A program made the position numbers and the translations under genes. A DNA stretch of 64,000 nt from Guillardia theta CCMP2712 (taxonomy: Eukaryota > Protista > Cryptophyta): the NCBI RefSeq assembly GCF_000315625.1, contig NW_005434634.1:148531-212530 (forward strand). The letters are read 5' to 3'. Every line of letters starts with the position of its first letter. Within the stretch, counting starts at the first letter, position 1. The notes under the pieces were generated by a model. It was not told the DNA's origin. It ran no database searches and worked only from the letters and a program-made list of their open reading frames with translations. Below are positions 25,571 through 38,550 of the stretch, in pieces.

Positions 25571-27290
25571 ATGATGGCGTGCAGAGTTGAGACATGCAGC
25601 AGCCTTCAAGACAGCTACCCAGCCATCAACGGGGTCAATGTCATCTCGCAGGTGCGTCTCAAGGCGATGGCTTTGATTGTAAGTGAGCGATGGGTGAAGG
25701 GCCGCAAGTTGATTGGAAGGTTTTTCACACCGATGCTCAAGGGGACGGAGGTGAGGTTCATGGTTTGGCTTTAGATGCCTAATGACGATCGATCGCGATA
25801 GATATCAACCCCTGGGGTACTTCTTCTGCATGGATTGCCAGGGAACGATCTCCACTACGAGTTGGCATGCAAACTTCAAGGAGCTGGGTTTTGCTGTCTC
25901 CTCCTCCACTACTCAGGGACTTGGGGGTCCGAGGGAGCTGCGAGATTAGAGCACACCTATCAAGATGTTGAAGCCGGGATCAGGTAGATTCTCGTGACAC
26001 TTGGATGCCATACTTCGATTCGTTGTTGAATTTCCGACATTCTTAATCTCCCTTCACTTGAGTTACCAATCATTTGTTTGTGAATGCGATTATGCTGTTA
26101 CGAACCCCGACGCTCGTGTGAGTACTCTCTTACCAAGACGAAAGCCATGGGCGAAGGGTTTGCAAATCAGCTAGAACGAACAGTGTAGTTATCCTGGTTG
26201 GAGCCTAAACCAATGGGTATTTGACCGTGAAAGCTACACAACAATCTTCTGCATCCTGTTGCTTGTCTCGATGTTCAAATGCCGTTTAGTTTGTTTTGTT
26301 TCTTCGTTGTAATGATGATTCAACAGGTGGCTCTGTTCTCAACAGATCGTGGATCGAAATCAAATCCTTGTTGTCGGCCACTGCCTCGGAGGTTACCATT
26401 CTCTGAAATTAGCGATAGGTTCGCCCCATCTCACATAGCTATTCTCCCTGTCTTTCCCTCCTGACTTGAAAATCAGACAACGTAAAGCGAGACTGCACAC
26501 TGTTGGGAGTGGTAGCGATGTCGCCATTGTTGCCAACTTCGAAGGGAATTACCTGGCCGCCAAAGGTTCTGGAAGCAGACTGCGAATTCCTGAATTCCTA
26601 CATTTCTTCAAGTATGATTGCCTTCTATGTGCGACACGTTGTCAATTAGTCTTGCGCAGGTCTAGCTGTTGAGTGGTCCACGTTGGCTCCTCTCACATCT
26701 TTTATCAAGGAGAATCTCGACAAAACAAGACAAGTGCCAGTGTTGGTTGTGACGGGAGATGCCGACGAGGTTCATGGTCCCCAGCACTACAAGATGCAGC
26801 TTACGGAGATCGCCATGAGAGCAAACTTTTCAAATGTTGAATGGATAAGGATGGAGCGAGCGAATCATCAGCTGTCACATCAGCGTAAGGAGGTAGGGTT
26901 CAGTATTGTTTGTTCCCCACTCCTCCTACTGCTATTGCCACCTTTACCTCATCTCCTTTTTCATATTCTTGCTTTAGTTCTCCCATGCTCATGTTCCCAT
27001 CTGAAGTGCAAAATGTGTCGCAGAGCTCTCAAGTCGTGACGGATTTTTGCTGTAAGCTGTCGACCTGTCAATATCGAATCAAGCCAGCTATTCTCCGCGC
27101 AATCGATTCCTTGAAAGATGCATTGTTCGATCCCGTCAGTATCATTTTCATAATCAACTTCGTGTTCTCCTTTCAGAGTGGAAGATTCATGTCGACTCCA
27201 GAAGGACGGAATTACGTGAAACACTTGATGGACAAGGAAGTCCAGAAGTTCAAGTATGACGAGAAGGCAGCATCAGGCCATTGGGGGTGA
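25571..27290 (+). CDS. Alpha/beta-fold hydrolase, multi-exon, Cys at the nucleophile elbow
   Basis: VLLLHGLPGN, HYSGTWGS, LVVGHCLGG, VLVVTGDADEV, ERANHQLS give an oxyanion motif plus a C-D-H triad. Confidence 0.75.
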
Positions 27291-27947
27291 CTTTATGTCC
27301 TTGTTAATATCCTGTATATTAGTGCCAAGTGTTTGTTATATTCTTTTCTATGTAAAAAGTGAATCAAATGACTCAGTCCATATCATGTGGCAATTGGCTC
27401 GTACTCACGGTCCTACCGCCGGTATACTGATCTGAGGCCAGCTTGCAGAAATCCAAAAGAGGGGGGATGAGGGTACGGGCGATGGGAGTTTTCCATGGCA
27501 CCAGATCGCGACGGGTAAGCACGCGATTGCAAGAGAGAGGAAGCGAAGAAGGGAGAAGAAGAGACGTGAACAGAACGACAAAGAAGAAACGAAGAGAATT
27601 GTAATCAAGAGAATGATGGAGTAAATGTTCATGGACACATTCAACAAGATGGTGATATGAAAATCGAAAGCAAGGATTTGTAGTGAATAACAAAGATGAA
27701 GAGGATCAGGAGGATTGAATGTTTCTGGATGCGTGTAGAGACAAAAACAAAGACGATGAGGAAGAAAAATATGGTATAGAACGTCGTATCGCATCACGGG
27801 ATCACAGATATCGACTTGAATTCTGCTGACTTGCGTTCTACTCAGATCTACGGCGTTAGTAGAACACTGCCATTTGTCTTAGGGAGCTCCATCTTTCTTC
27901 ATCTTCTCCGCTCCTGGGCCTTTGCCTTTGCAATCTCTTCGTTCATC

Positions 27948-30900
27948 ATGCAGGCAGCGTCACCTCTCCGAGTCGCTCACATCGCATCTCCACTCGTCCG
28001 CAGGCATCTACCTGGCTTGCCCCCTTATCCCCAGGCGCACGGAAGGAGTTCTTTGAACCTGCTGAGGAATGCGCTAGATCAGGCGATGAAGGAAGGAGCT
28101 GACGCCATCGCGCTCACGGGCAGCATCGTTTCAGCCCCTCCTCCTCTGCGTCAGTGTGACCTGGGAGAATACTACAACATGGAACCTCAAGAGATGATGT
28201 CAGCCGCCGTTGCTGATTATGAGGAAGTGAAGGTGACTCGCTTCAATCTCCCCTTCCCCCCCCCCCCCCCCCCCTCGCTCTCTCTCTCTATCTTTCTCTG
28301 CCTCCTCCCTCCCTCCCTCCCTCCATCCATCCATCCATCCATCCAACCATCCCTCCATCCCTCCCCCTCGTTCCCTCCCTGCTACCCTCGTTCTCCAAGT
28401 CACCCCGTTCCCACCTCTACAGTCCCTCCTACAAGAGACTGGCCTGCCATACTTCGTGACGCCCGGCGGGGAAGACTGTAAGTCTAGAGGACAAGTTACA
28501 TCTTTCCCCTGAGGGTATGCCAGGCATTCAAGCCTTCAAGTTGGTGTTTGGAGTGGAGCCGAGCGCTCAGGAGGTCTACAGCAGAATGCCTGACGGCATG
28601 CAGACGGAACAGTATGATGTCAATGAATATCACGAGGTCCTGTCGTGAGCAGACTTCTCAACGGCTGACAGGTTGGACAGAGATGTATCAACGAAGATAG
28701 CTGGCAGGAAAGTTCTTCGACGCCTGGGGACGACCTAACGGGCTACGAGGCGTCTAGAGCAGCAATATCAGGGTACAAAATGTTTCCTGTGTATCTTCTC
28801 CTCCTCCTGACAATCGTCAGTTTTCGGACTCAGCTGCGCAACGAAAGAAAGAAAGCTTCCACGTACTCGCTCATGACATGACACATGTAGTCTGATGTGC
28901 TGGCAGGATGGACGACTTGGAGGACACCGGGAACGGGGGCGGATGTTGCGGCGGGGGCAAGCAGGGGCAGGAGAGCGAACGATCTTCCTGGTTCGAGAGC
29001 GGCAAAAGGAAGATCCTAAAAGACCCGGAGGACAACGAAACGAAGGCTTTCGCAGAGGCGCCGAAGTGGACGACGCCGGCAGAAGAGACCTCCTCGAAGC
29101 TTCTGATGGCAAGGTGAGCTCGGGGGGCAGTGTGGACGAGGACGAGGACGAGGATGAGGACGTAGGAAGGGAAAGGCCAGAGAGGAAAGGGACATGCTGT
29201 GACAAAGAGGAAGAAAGACGGCGGGGAGAGCGATGGGAAGAGAGAAGGAAGATGGGGAGGGACTGAGAGAAGGCAGGATGTGGGGTCGCTGGAGTGGGAG
29301 AGGAGGAGGAGTTTTGACCGTTCTTCCTGGGCAGGTTCTGTGACTTTATACCCTCCCATGGCAGCCCGAGGAGGCTTGAGTATGAGAGGCGACTCTTTGA
29401 AGGCCTGCTGTCAGAGAACGCTCCTAAGCTCGCCCAGTGCCACGTGCACTCGTTCCCCATCGCCTCCTCTTCCTCCGGCTCGGCTGGGCCACCCGGGCAA
29501 GAGGACGGGAGCAGCAGGCAGGATGGACTGCAGTACTTCGAGCACGAATCCCTCCTGAACGACATCTCCCGTTCCAATAAGTTTGTCCTCTCGCTCAGCA
29601 GGTGGCCCGTGAAGTTCAAGTGTGTTCCTCCTCACTTTCCCTGCAGCTTGTCTGTGGAGCAGAGCAAGTCAGGGCTGCAGGTACGACTCCTCCCCCTCCT
29701 TCTCCCTGCTGTGAAGTTCATCTGCCACCTACAGGTCCACACGCATGCAACGGGACGGGCGACATTCGTCGAGACTCCTTCTCTCGCTGTCTTTCCTCAC
29801 GTTTTCTCCATGCACAATCTTTCCACCTCTGATCTGAGCTCGATTTCAAGGTGATGTCCCTGTCTCTTCAAACATGCACAATCATATCCCATCCTTGTCA
29901 CGTCCTCCTCGTCTATCTCCCTTTCTTCTTTCGCCTTCTCCTCCCCTGCCTCTTCGCCATACTCTTCCTTGCCCTTCTCTCGCCATCTCTCCTCCTATTC
30001 CCCCGCACCCCTCCCTCGCGATCTTTCGACTCTATTCTTTCCTTCCCTCCTTCCTTCCCTCCTCTTCTCTCCCATTTGCTGATCCCCACTCTCCCCTCGT
30101 TTCCTCTCCTGCTTCTGAAACACTGAAATCTCCTCGTCCTCGTGCCACCAGACTGTCGTCATCCAACAGGGAGTTTGATACAAAACAAGAAGTGCTGCAG
30201 CACAAACACTTCTGGGGACATGAAGAGATTAATCTGATTGAGCGTGATCTGTTTCCTGCTCGTCCTGCTTCCTCGCTCCCTGTCATTGCCTTCCTCGACC
30301 GGGATGGCGTCGTCAACGTGCAGGCAGCATATAATACCGGTCCAAACGCCATGCAGCTCGTCAGAGGCGCCGCGTCCGCCATCGCTCGCCTGCAGGTCAG
30401 TAAACGCTGGATAAGGATGGGGCACAGAGGAAGAGAGGAGAAGGGTTGGGGGTGAGTGGGTAAGCGGAGGAGTGAGATGGGAGTATGCAAGGCCAAAGGG
30501 GGGAAGGAGAGGAAGAGATTTGAGGGAGTGGAAGGAGGAGGGAGGGGGGCAGGGGGGCGGGAGGCGAAAGACTGACAGGCCGGTCAGGAGCGGGGGGTGA
30601 AGGTAGTGATTGTTTCGAGTCAAGCATGTGTTGGGAAGGGGTACTTACTGACATCCCACGTCCACGCGGTGATGGACCGCATGTGTGCGATGCTCCGAGA
30701 GGAGGCGAAGGCTGACAGGACGAGGAGCACGGGGGACCTCTACCACTTGGCGCAGCCCGACTGCATCATCTTCTCAGTCGGAGCAGGAGATAAGGCCGTT
30801 CACCCGTCCTACCAGGACGTGTCCGGGGCGAAACCGTCGCCAGCGGGTCTTCTCAAGGGCGCAGAATGTCTGGGGCTGGGGAAGCGCTTCAGGGGATACA

Positions 30901-31094
30901 TGGTGGGGGATCGAGTGACTGACCTAGAGGCTGGACACGCCGCAGGATGCAAGACCGTTCTTGTGCGCACTGGCGTTGGACAACAATCAGAGCAGGCGCT
31001 GAAGGAGGTGCACAGGGAGAGGTTGCTGGGAGTGGTGGAGGATTTGACAGCAGCAGTCGATGAGATCTTGAGAGATCTTGAGAAGAAAGCTTGA
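27948..31094 (+). CDS. Fusion of degenerate metallophosphoesterase-like N-terminus and GmhB/HisB-type HAD phosphatase
   Basis: C-terminal FLDRDGVVN, VIVSSQACVGKG, KPSPAGLL, YMVGDRVTDLEAGHAAGCKTVLVRTG; N-terminal LRVAHIASPLV..ADAIALTGSIV resembles calcineurin-like motifs I/II. Confidence 0.7.
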
Positions 31095-31142
31095 CAGAAC
31101 ATGAATGGGTTGAGTGAGTGTTGGTGTATTTGCAAAGGAAAA

Positions 31143-32617
31143 TTAGTCGAGATCTTCCTGCACCTCTTCGGTCTGTAGTTTTCTTTCTCGTCTTCTTCGC
31201 AGCCTTCACTTCCTGTACCTCTCCTTCTACCTCCTTCACCTCTTCTTCCTTCATCAACTTTGCTCCATTCTTCCCCTTTCCTCTCCCCTTTTTCTCCTTC
31301 ACCTCTCCTCCCTCCATCGCAGCTTTCTCTGCTTCCCTCTTCTCCCTACAGGAATGATAATACTCCATCTCCTTCAGCTCGATCTCGCCAGCCGTTAGCC
31401 GGACCTGCACCACCAAGACAACATGTCAAATCCAAGTCAACGATGAGTCAGCTTCACCATCAAGTCGTCGTTTGACCTCTCGCGGAACTTCATGCGCACG
31501 TAGTCATGCATCGTCTTCCTCCATGGCGCCTGGGGACATCGCTGCGCACTCCGAACACAGCGTTTGTACCTGCGGACCAAATGAGGATGCGCACAGACCC
31601 TCACTATGGAGAAGTTTGAGGAGGACGGTTGGTATTAGTATGGATGATGATGAGGAGGAGGAGGACGAGCGTAGTTATAGCAGTAGCAGCAGTAGCAAGA
31701 AGAAGAAGGGGAAGGGGGAGGAGTAGGAGAAGTGGAAGGAGAAGGAGAGGCAAAAAAGCAAAGGAGTGGAGTAGGGAGGAACAGCTTGACTAACAAGTTG
31801 CGCACAAGACGCCTTGAGATCATAGGGCGGTTCCTCGTAGCATAGTAGAGCGAGTCAGCGTCTTTCTTGCGATCCTTCTTCGCTGCCCTGCTGAAGACAT
31901 TCTTGTAGTTTTCGAACTCCTCGGGCGGGATCAGGTGGGGGTCTTGTAAGAAAAAAACTCACACCTCCCCACCGCAACATTAGCACAGTCCTCACTTTGT
32001 ATAAGGTGTTCATCAGCATCCTTCTTGGAAGCCTTCTTTCGAGACTTCTTGGCTGGTTGTACCTGCTGTCTTCGTTCACAGGCATTGAGGCGGACTGCCA
32101 CGTCCTACCGCTTTCGTCGCGATCAAATCTGTTGCCGCTGCTTCTTCCTGTGAAGACTACTCTTTGTGAATCCTGAAGCGCGGGAGACAGGGGCTGACCT
32201 CTTCTACACGCTTCTTCAGAGCATCCTTCGCCTTCTTCTTCAACGCAGATGTTTCCATGTTGTCCATGAGTCCTTTGAGACGTGAAAGCAGCTCGTCCTT
32301 GTTCCCTGTTGTCTGATCGTGCATGTCAGTCGTCTCGTCTCCACGTTCTCTCGAGGTACCTTTGCGCCTAACGCCTTTAGTCTTTCCTGCATCTCCGTCT
32401 TCTTCAGATCGCCTAGCTCTCCTAAATCCTTGCTGAGCGCTGAGTTTGCAAAGCATCTTGCTGCTGTTGCCGTGAAGGTCCTGACGCCTTGCCGGAGGGA
32501 GTTAGAGGAGGAGGCAGAGAGGAGGGAAGTGTTGATGCCCGGGAAGGGACATAACGGCATGCATTGCGTTGCCGTCCTGCCGAAATCTGCGCCGAACCTC
32601 CCGAGGATCCTCGCCAT
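31143..32617 (-). CDS. SAP-domain protein with mitochondrial-type presequence, multi-exon
   Basis: Arg/Ser-rich N-terminus (..RTFTATAARCFAN), then LKKTEMQERLKALGAK/TTGNKDELLSRL (SAP domain); 3' end uncertain. Confidence 0.65.
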
Positions 32618-32866
32618 GGTGGAGGCCAACGGCGATTTGGCCGTAATAAGAAATAACCGTTTTGTAACGGTGAATGGAATTGTGGATTGAATCGATTCGG
32701 TTCAGTGGGAAACGATCTGGACGATGTGGGGTGTACAGTAGTCAGGGGTGGTGCTTCTCTGATGAATGATGGGGTACTTTTATTATCAATAAAGGGGTGA
32801 GTGGTGAGCAATTTTCGAAGAGAGGAATTTCTTGGGGTGGGGTAGTCAAGCCAATAATCGGGCGCC

Positions 32867-35724
32867 ATGGAGACAAGAAAAGCAGCGGAGGAGGCGATAG
32901 CCAAAGGAAGAGAGGTGAGCAGAGAGAATATGAACACAGAAATGAACGCAAACTTGCTTGCCAGTATACATTCATGATAGTCCTACTATGTGTAGTCATC
33001 TTCCTCCACGGGAATGCCTGATCTCGGCGTCAGATCTCGATGTTTCCTTGCTTCTTTGTCCCATTATTGGATCAGTACACCCATGCTGCAGTCTAAGTTC
33101 TGGTCATGCTTATGAAAATCAATGAATCTTTGATTCTAAGGGCAAGGAAGAGACAAAGATTCTAAATGATTATGCCAGAGGATGATGCACTCTTTATTTT
33201 GACTGCTTTACAGTATACAGCGAAACTTGGAGCCAGTAATTCAGTTTTGAAAGATAATGTACTCAACTTACTTGAATTTCCTCATGATGACGTCAAACTG
33301 AAGGTTGTGTTGGAATATTCTTACGATTGATCTAAGACATTATGCAGATTGAAAGCCTGCAGAAGCATGCATCCTCTTTTGGTCCGTTCTAGGATGCAAA
33401 TATCCCTTGATCTACTGACTGGCAGCAGGTGAAATCCTGTCCGAAAAGAAGCGAGAGATCGAGCATCTGATGAAGGTGAGAATTATGTGCAGCATCCAAT
33501 CGCTATATCTGAGAGGATCGAAGACAACGTCAGAGAGTAGGCAAACCGTGCAGTCCGGTATGAACGTGCCTAAGATGTCCAAGAGTCCTTTCAGATTGAG
33601 CATGGGGGTTCAGGAGATTCCGAGGATGATTATCAGCAACATGGTTCGTTGAGGGCAACTGTGAGAACACTCGGATTGACCCTATCAACCCTTTGATGAA
33701 ACATAAAGGTGATGGAGCTTCGAGAGAGAGAGAAACAGTTGATGGGACAGGTGAGCGTGTTTGTTGCGGTGCCTGCATTTGACAGAGACGGCAGATCGAC
33801 CTGTTTCATGCTATCAAAGAAGTCCCAACTCCGTCCAAGGATGAAGAAAAGAGGTGACATCTACATCAACACGAGAATCGGTGACGCTAGCACTGTGAAG
33901 CATATCCCTGTTCAAGGAGATATCAAGACTGAACCAGGAGGTGGCCATGAGTTGGAGATCGATCGAAGATCGTCATCTGATAGTCTCTTGTGACTTGCAG
34001 ATAGTAAACCTCAGAGAGGAGAGGGACAACTGGAAGTCAAGAGCCTTGCTCGCAGGTCTTGATATCCCTCGTACAGGACGAAAATGCCGGTGACATCGTG
34101 CAGAGGGCAAGCTCGACAAGCAATCCGCGGTATCGCCCAAGGAAGGGAAGGATTCAGACACTCGAAACTCTGAAAACTTCCAGCTTCCCCGTAATCTACA
34201 TCAAGACTACGAGTCTCCTGAACTAGCTTCCTTGTCCCGCATTTCCAACGTCTACAGCCCTAGTGAAACTTGGAATGGTTCTTAAATTCAGTCGTACATC
34301 GGAAACTTGTTTACTGATTGTTTGCATACAAGGGAATGGAGAATTCAATTTGCCGTGGAGGGGAAAAGAGCCTGTGCACAACAATGCGGTCAGAGACACG
34401 AGGCTGGGTCAAGATGAAAGCTCTGCAAGGCCTGCAGGAGAGGAACAGAACGATAGAACTCCTGCTACTGGAGCTGAAGCCCAGCATGTGCGATGTTTTC
34501 ATGCTCTAGATACTTCTGGACTTACAACCGTTTCCAGGTCACCTTCAACCTTCACCTTTCGAAATTGTAGTCTTGTGGCTCTTTGAAACCCAACCTGATG
34601 GTGCACTTTCAGGTACAAGGTCATAGAAACGAGCACGCGAGAAAGAGCATCATTGAAACACAGTTTGAGCCTGGATGTGGGACTTGCACTCCCTTCTGGA
34701 GTAGAAATGAATGCTTTGCTTGTACAGATCTTGATCGCTCTGAAAAGGTCTGGAATGAGTTTCAACTCGTCGGAACTCCAGGTATGGATCATGTTTGTCT
34801 GCTTTGCTTTCATTGAGCCTCTTGATGATCAAGATATTATCCATAGAGCCCGATACGTGGTCGGGTAATGGAATCTCCATCTTCCTTTGTGTGGATGATC
34901 TTTGAGACGGCAGATGATGGAACGGAACCAACTACACTTGTCGTCATGCAGATCTCATCGTCGGCCAGTGCAGTAAGTTCTGATCTCTACTCTCTGCCGA
35001 AGTAATTGACTACACTCGCAGCTCCACAATCCGACTCAGGTTATTGAGGTGCTGAAGCTATCTCTCGTGCTCTCTTGCTGTAGTAATCTCGTTTGAACGT
35101 GAGATCAGGAACTGCAACAGCAACTCAACGACTCCTCTAGTGCCTTGAAGAACGGTAGAAGACGATGTTTGATGCGTTCGATGACGCGTCGGCAGGCGAG
35201 GCCTCTCAGCACTTGATGAGAATAAGTCATCAGTGATAACAGCAGCCAGGAGCTTTGAACACATGAATTCAATGATTAAGTAAAACAATACAATTCCTCG
35301 CCAATTCCCCCCGTCATTGCTGAGTCCTCGACGAGGCACGCTGCGGCGCAGCACCGAAAATGAAGAGCACGATGGTTGTGATGATGACTGCCATTGCCAA
35401 GACGATGCGAGCGAAGATGGTGAATTTCATGAAGTTAGACATTGGTCTGTCTACTTCCACTGAATTGAAACGGTCAAACAGATACAAGACTTCTTTGACA
35501 TCTTCTTACCCGCCTGGCGTACTGGGACGACTTCGCTCATGTTGACTGCCTGGAAAGCTGCGAAAATTTCTGAGGAGGCAACACTGACGCTCGTCACGAT
35601 GACTGAGACCTTAGAGAAACTTGATTACGTGACTCACAAGAGTCAAATTGAGTCTTACATGGTTGAGATCCTTGTCTTCGTCTGTCGAGGCATCGCAACC
35701 TTGAAAATCATGATTCAGCAATGA
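32867..35724 (+). CDS. Hypothetical multi-exon protein (helical and coiled-coil segments, small Cys-rich region)
   Basis: Many short exons with GT-AG introns; no confident family. Confidence 0.4.
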
Positions 35725-35974
35725 AGGAGCCAAGAGAGCGTACATTGATCATATTCCGGCTCCTTCGAAGCTTCCGAGCTTTCCGCGTTCTCAGCAAACA
35801 TCTTGTGGTCCAGAGGTACTCTTTGAACCTGCATTGGAACTTCAAGGTTGTATGCTTTGTCCATCATTGATTGTGAATCAGTGTTATGTTGCATCCCGAC
35901 GGGTGGCTCGATCGGGATGAATGAAGAAGGCTGTGTTTCTGCTTGAAAGTTAGTCAGATTTGCAGCTGGCTAGG

Positions 35975-36959
35975 TTATGGCGGACCAGAAAATATCGACA
36001 AGGTATCTACAGCGGCAATTGCAGACACCAACGAATTAAGCATTCCACTTCTCTGTGGAAAAAGTCAGCACAGGATCACAAATTCTCGATCAATTTGCAA
36101 TCACAGATATCATGGCTTTGAATCTGTTATTAGACTTCTTTGATTCCCTGCAAAACAAATGTTACCTACATCCTTAGACTGGATGCAAGAATTTACATGG
36201 AAGTGTCAATGTTCTGTTTTGATCCATCTTGCCACAAGGTTTCCAAATTAATCCAAGTGACAGTATCTCGGCAAACTGGACAAGCCCAGATTCCAGTTGA
36301 ACGAAGTCCATGACTACATCAAATGTCAGTTTCATGTCAGGTAGGAAGAATTGTATCGCTTACAGTTCGCTCTGATATGCACATGATTTGTGAAAACAAT
36401 GACGACAATTCGTCTTGACAACCACACCAGTACATAGATTTTCAAGACAGATAGTGCAAGCATTTTCAGCTTCCTCTGATTCGTCTCCAATGTACTTTGG
36501 ACGCTCGTTTCGCTCTACAATTTTCATCCCTCGGAGAACATGTAGATGAGAAACTGAGTTCTCAGTATTGCAAAACGAGAACTGGGACCAGACTGATGCA
36601 TTAACGTCACTCACAGTTGCTACACTGTTTTCCCGGGTGAAACCATGTGCAAAGCTCGAATTTTCGGCAGCAACGAGAGCTGCAGGCTCATAAGCATAAC
36701 CGTGAGGACCTGAAAGCTGCTCTACAGTTTGAGCTGACATCGGAGACGATTTGGAATTACAGAGGAGTTTAGAAACAAAGACTGCAGTGCTTCTAGCGGG
36801 CGATGGATTGTTGGGAAAGGTCCATACGATGTAACCAGCGCTGAATGGTGGGTGTATGAAGGTCGCTCCATTGCTGAGAGGAATCACGAAATCTTTTTGC
36901 GGGAGTGGATACTGATTATGAACTTCAACATTGAAATTTTGAGACGGTCCAGCCTCCAT
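35975..36959 (-). CDS. RING-H2 finger protein (putative E3 ligase)
   Basis: CTICLENL..TNCRHCFHKSC followed after an intron by ..ACPVCR. Confidence 0.85.
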
Positions 36960-38550
36960 GATTCACTGCAAAACAGACCTTTACAGATTGTCTTCCCTCG
37001 CGCTATTCCATCATCTGTTCATTGAACCTAAAGTAAAGTACATTAGAATGTTTAGATTTGAGCAATACTTTCGAATCATAGAACAGGAACATAGACAACA
37101 CACATTTGTCAATAAAACATCTGCAAGAACACAGCAACCAACGAAGATTGAGAAATGAAGACATCAGATAAACAAACCCATGACAAAGGCGAGAAAAAGC
37201 AAAAGATTGTTTTAGAAAAGAATCAAAACTTGGAAATCTCATTCAAAATTCTCATCAATAGCCCTCCATGCTCTTTCCCTCTCTCAACACTCACTTTCCC
37301 AAGCAAATTACTTCTGCAAATTGTAATGCTTGAAAAACAAGAGAAATCGGATCTTAAATTTACTTCACACCCATGTCCATCCATGGAGTCCCAAGTTTTC
37401 TTCCTGCATTTTCGCTTTCCTCTCTGTCTATGTCTCCTCCTGTCCTGAAACTGCTTTCAAAACATTCGACTTATCCTTCATTCGCAAAATGCTATGAAAA
37501 TCGGGCATGAGGAAACCTCGAATGAGGGTGGGTGGGGTAGTGATTAGAGCGAGGGAAGTGGAGTCGATAGGGGTACACTCTAGTGATCAGACCTGGAGGG
37601 TGGTCGGGGGTAGCAAAGGGGTGGAACCAGGGTACTTGGTGGAGTTTCACGGGGTGCAAGAGGTGTGAGTTTATTCGGGGGTAGGGGTAGTCTTCCTGAC
37701 CTGTGCGGGGCTATCAAAGAAAGTCTCGATGTTGAGGGTAGGGTGGAGCTGTAGCTGGTAAAGAGGGTGAAGGGGGTGGTCGAATCCTACAAGGATACCT
37801 CCTCCAGTGGGTGGGGTAGTAGAGACCTACTTGTCACTTTACCCCCCTCATTGGGCCCTTCACACATCAGTCACATTCTACCCCAACCCCAGGGGGCTTT
37901 ACCTCCCTACCGTACCCCAGGCTGTCACACTGGTAGATACAGAACACTACCCCTACCCCATGAAATCATCTCCATTGCCCCCCGCTTCCCCCGGTCTGAC
38001 CCACCCCTCTCAGGCTTGCTCCCCATCTTCAGGTGAGCACGTCCCCTAAGGGTTTTCAGACCACCTACCCTCGCCCTTCCACTACCCACATGGTCACGAT
38101 CCCTACCCTCTCTGGCGGGTTGGATGGTCTCTAAGACCACCCTCAAGGGCTGACCCCTGTTTCTCTCCCTGTGAGTCAATGTCATATCCCCTATAGAGAA
38201 GAGCCTCTAATCAGAGCACAGGCAGTAGTCCAAAGCATCACTTCCGGGAGGTGGATTGAAAGGGCAAGTTCACACCTATGGGATCACCTCCCTCAATTCG
38301 ACGCTGGTTTTAACTTCCATTCCTCCGTTGCCACCCCACCCCTGCCATACGAGCTCCATGTAAGATGACATCCACCCTCCACTCCCATGAGGACCCCTCC
38401 AGCTCTACAGGGCAACTAGGGCAATAGAATGATCTTCGGATCATGATGATCATGATCTAAAATTATATGGGTACCCCACCCCCATTTCAAGCAAATCGAT
38501 TTATATCCACCACCCACTGTTCACCCATTCACACCTAAAGTAATTAACCT

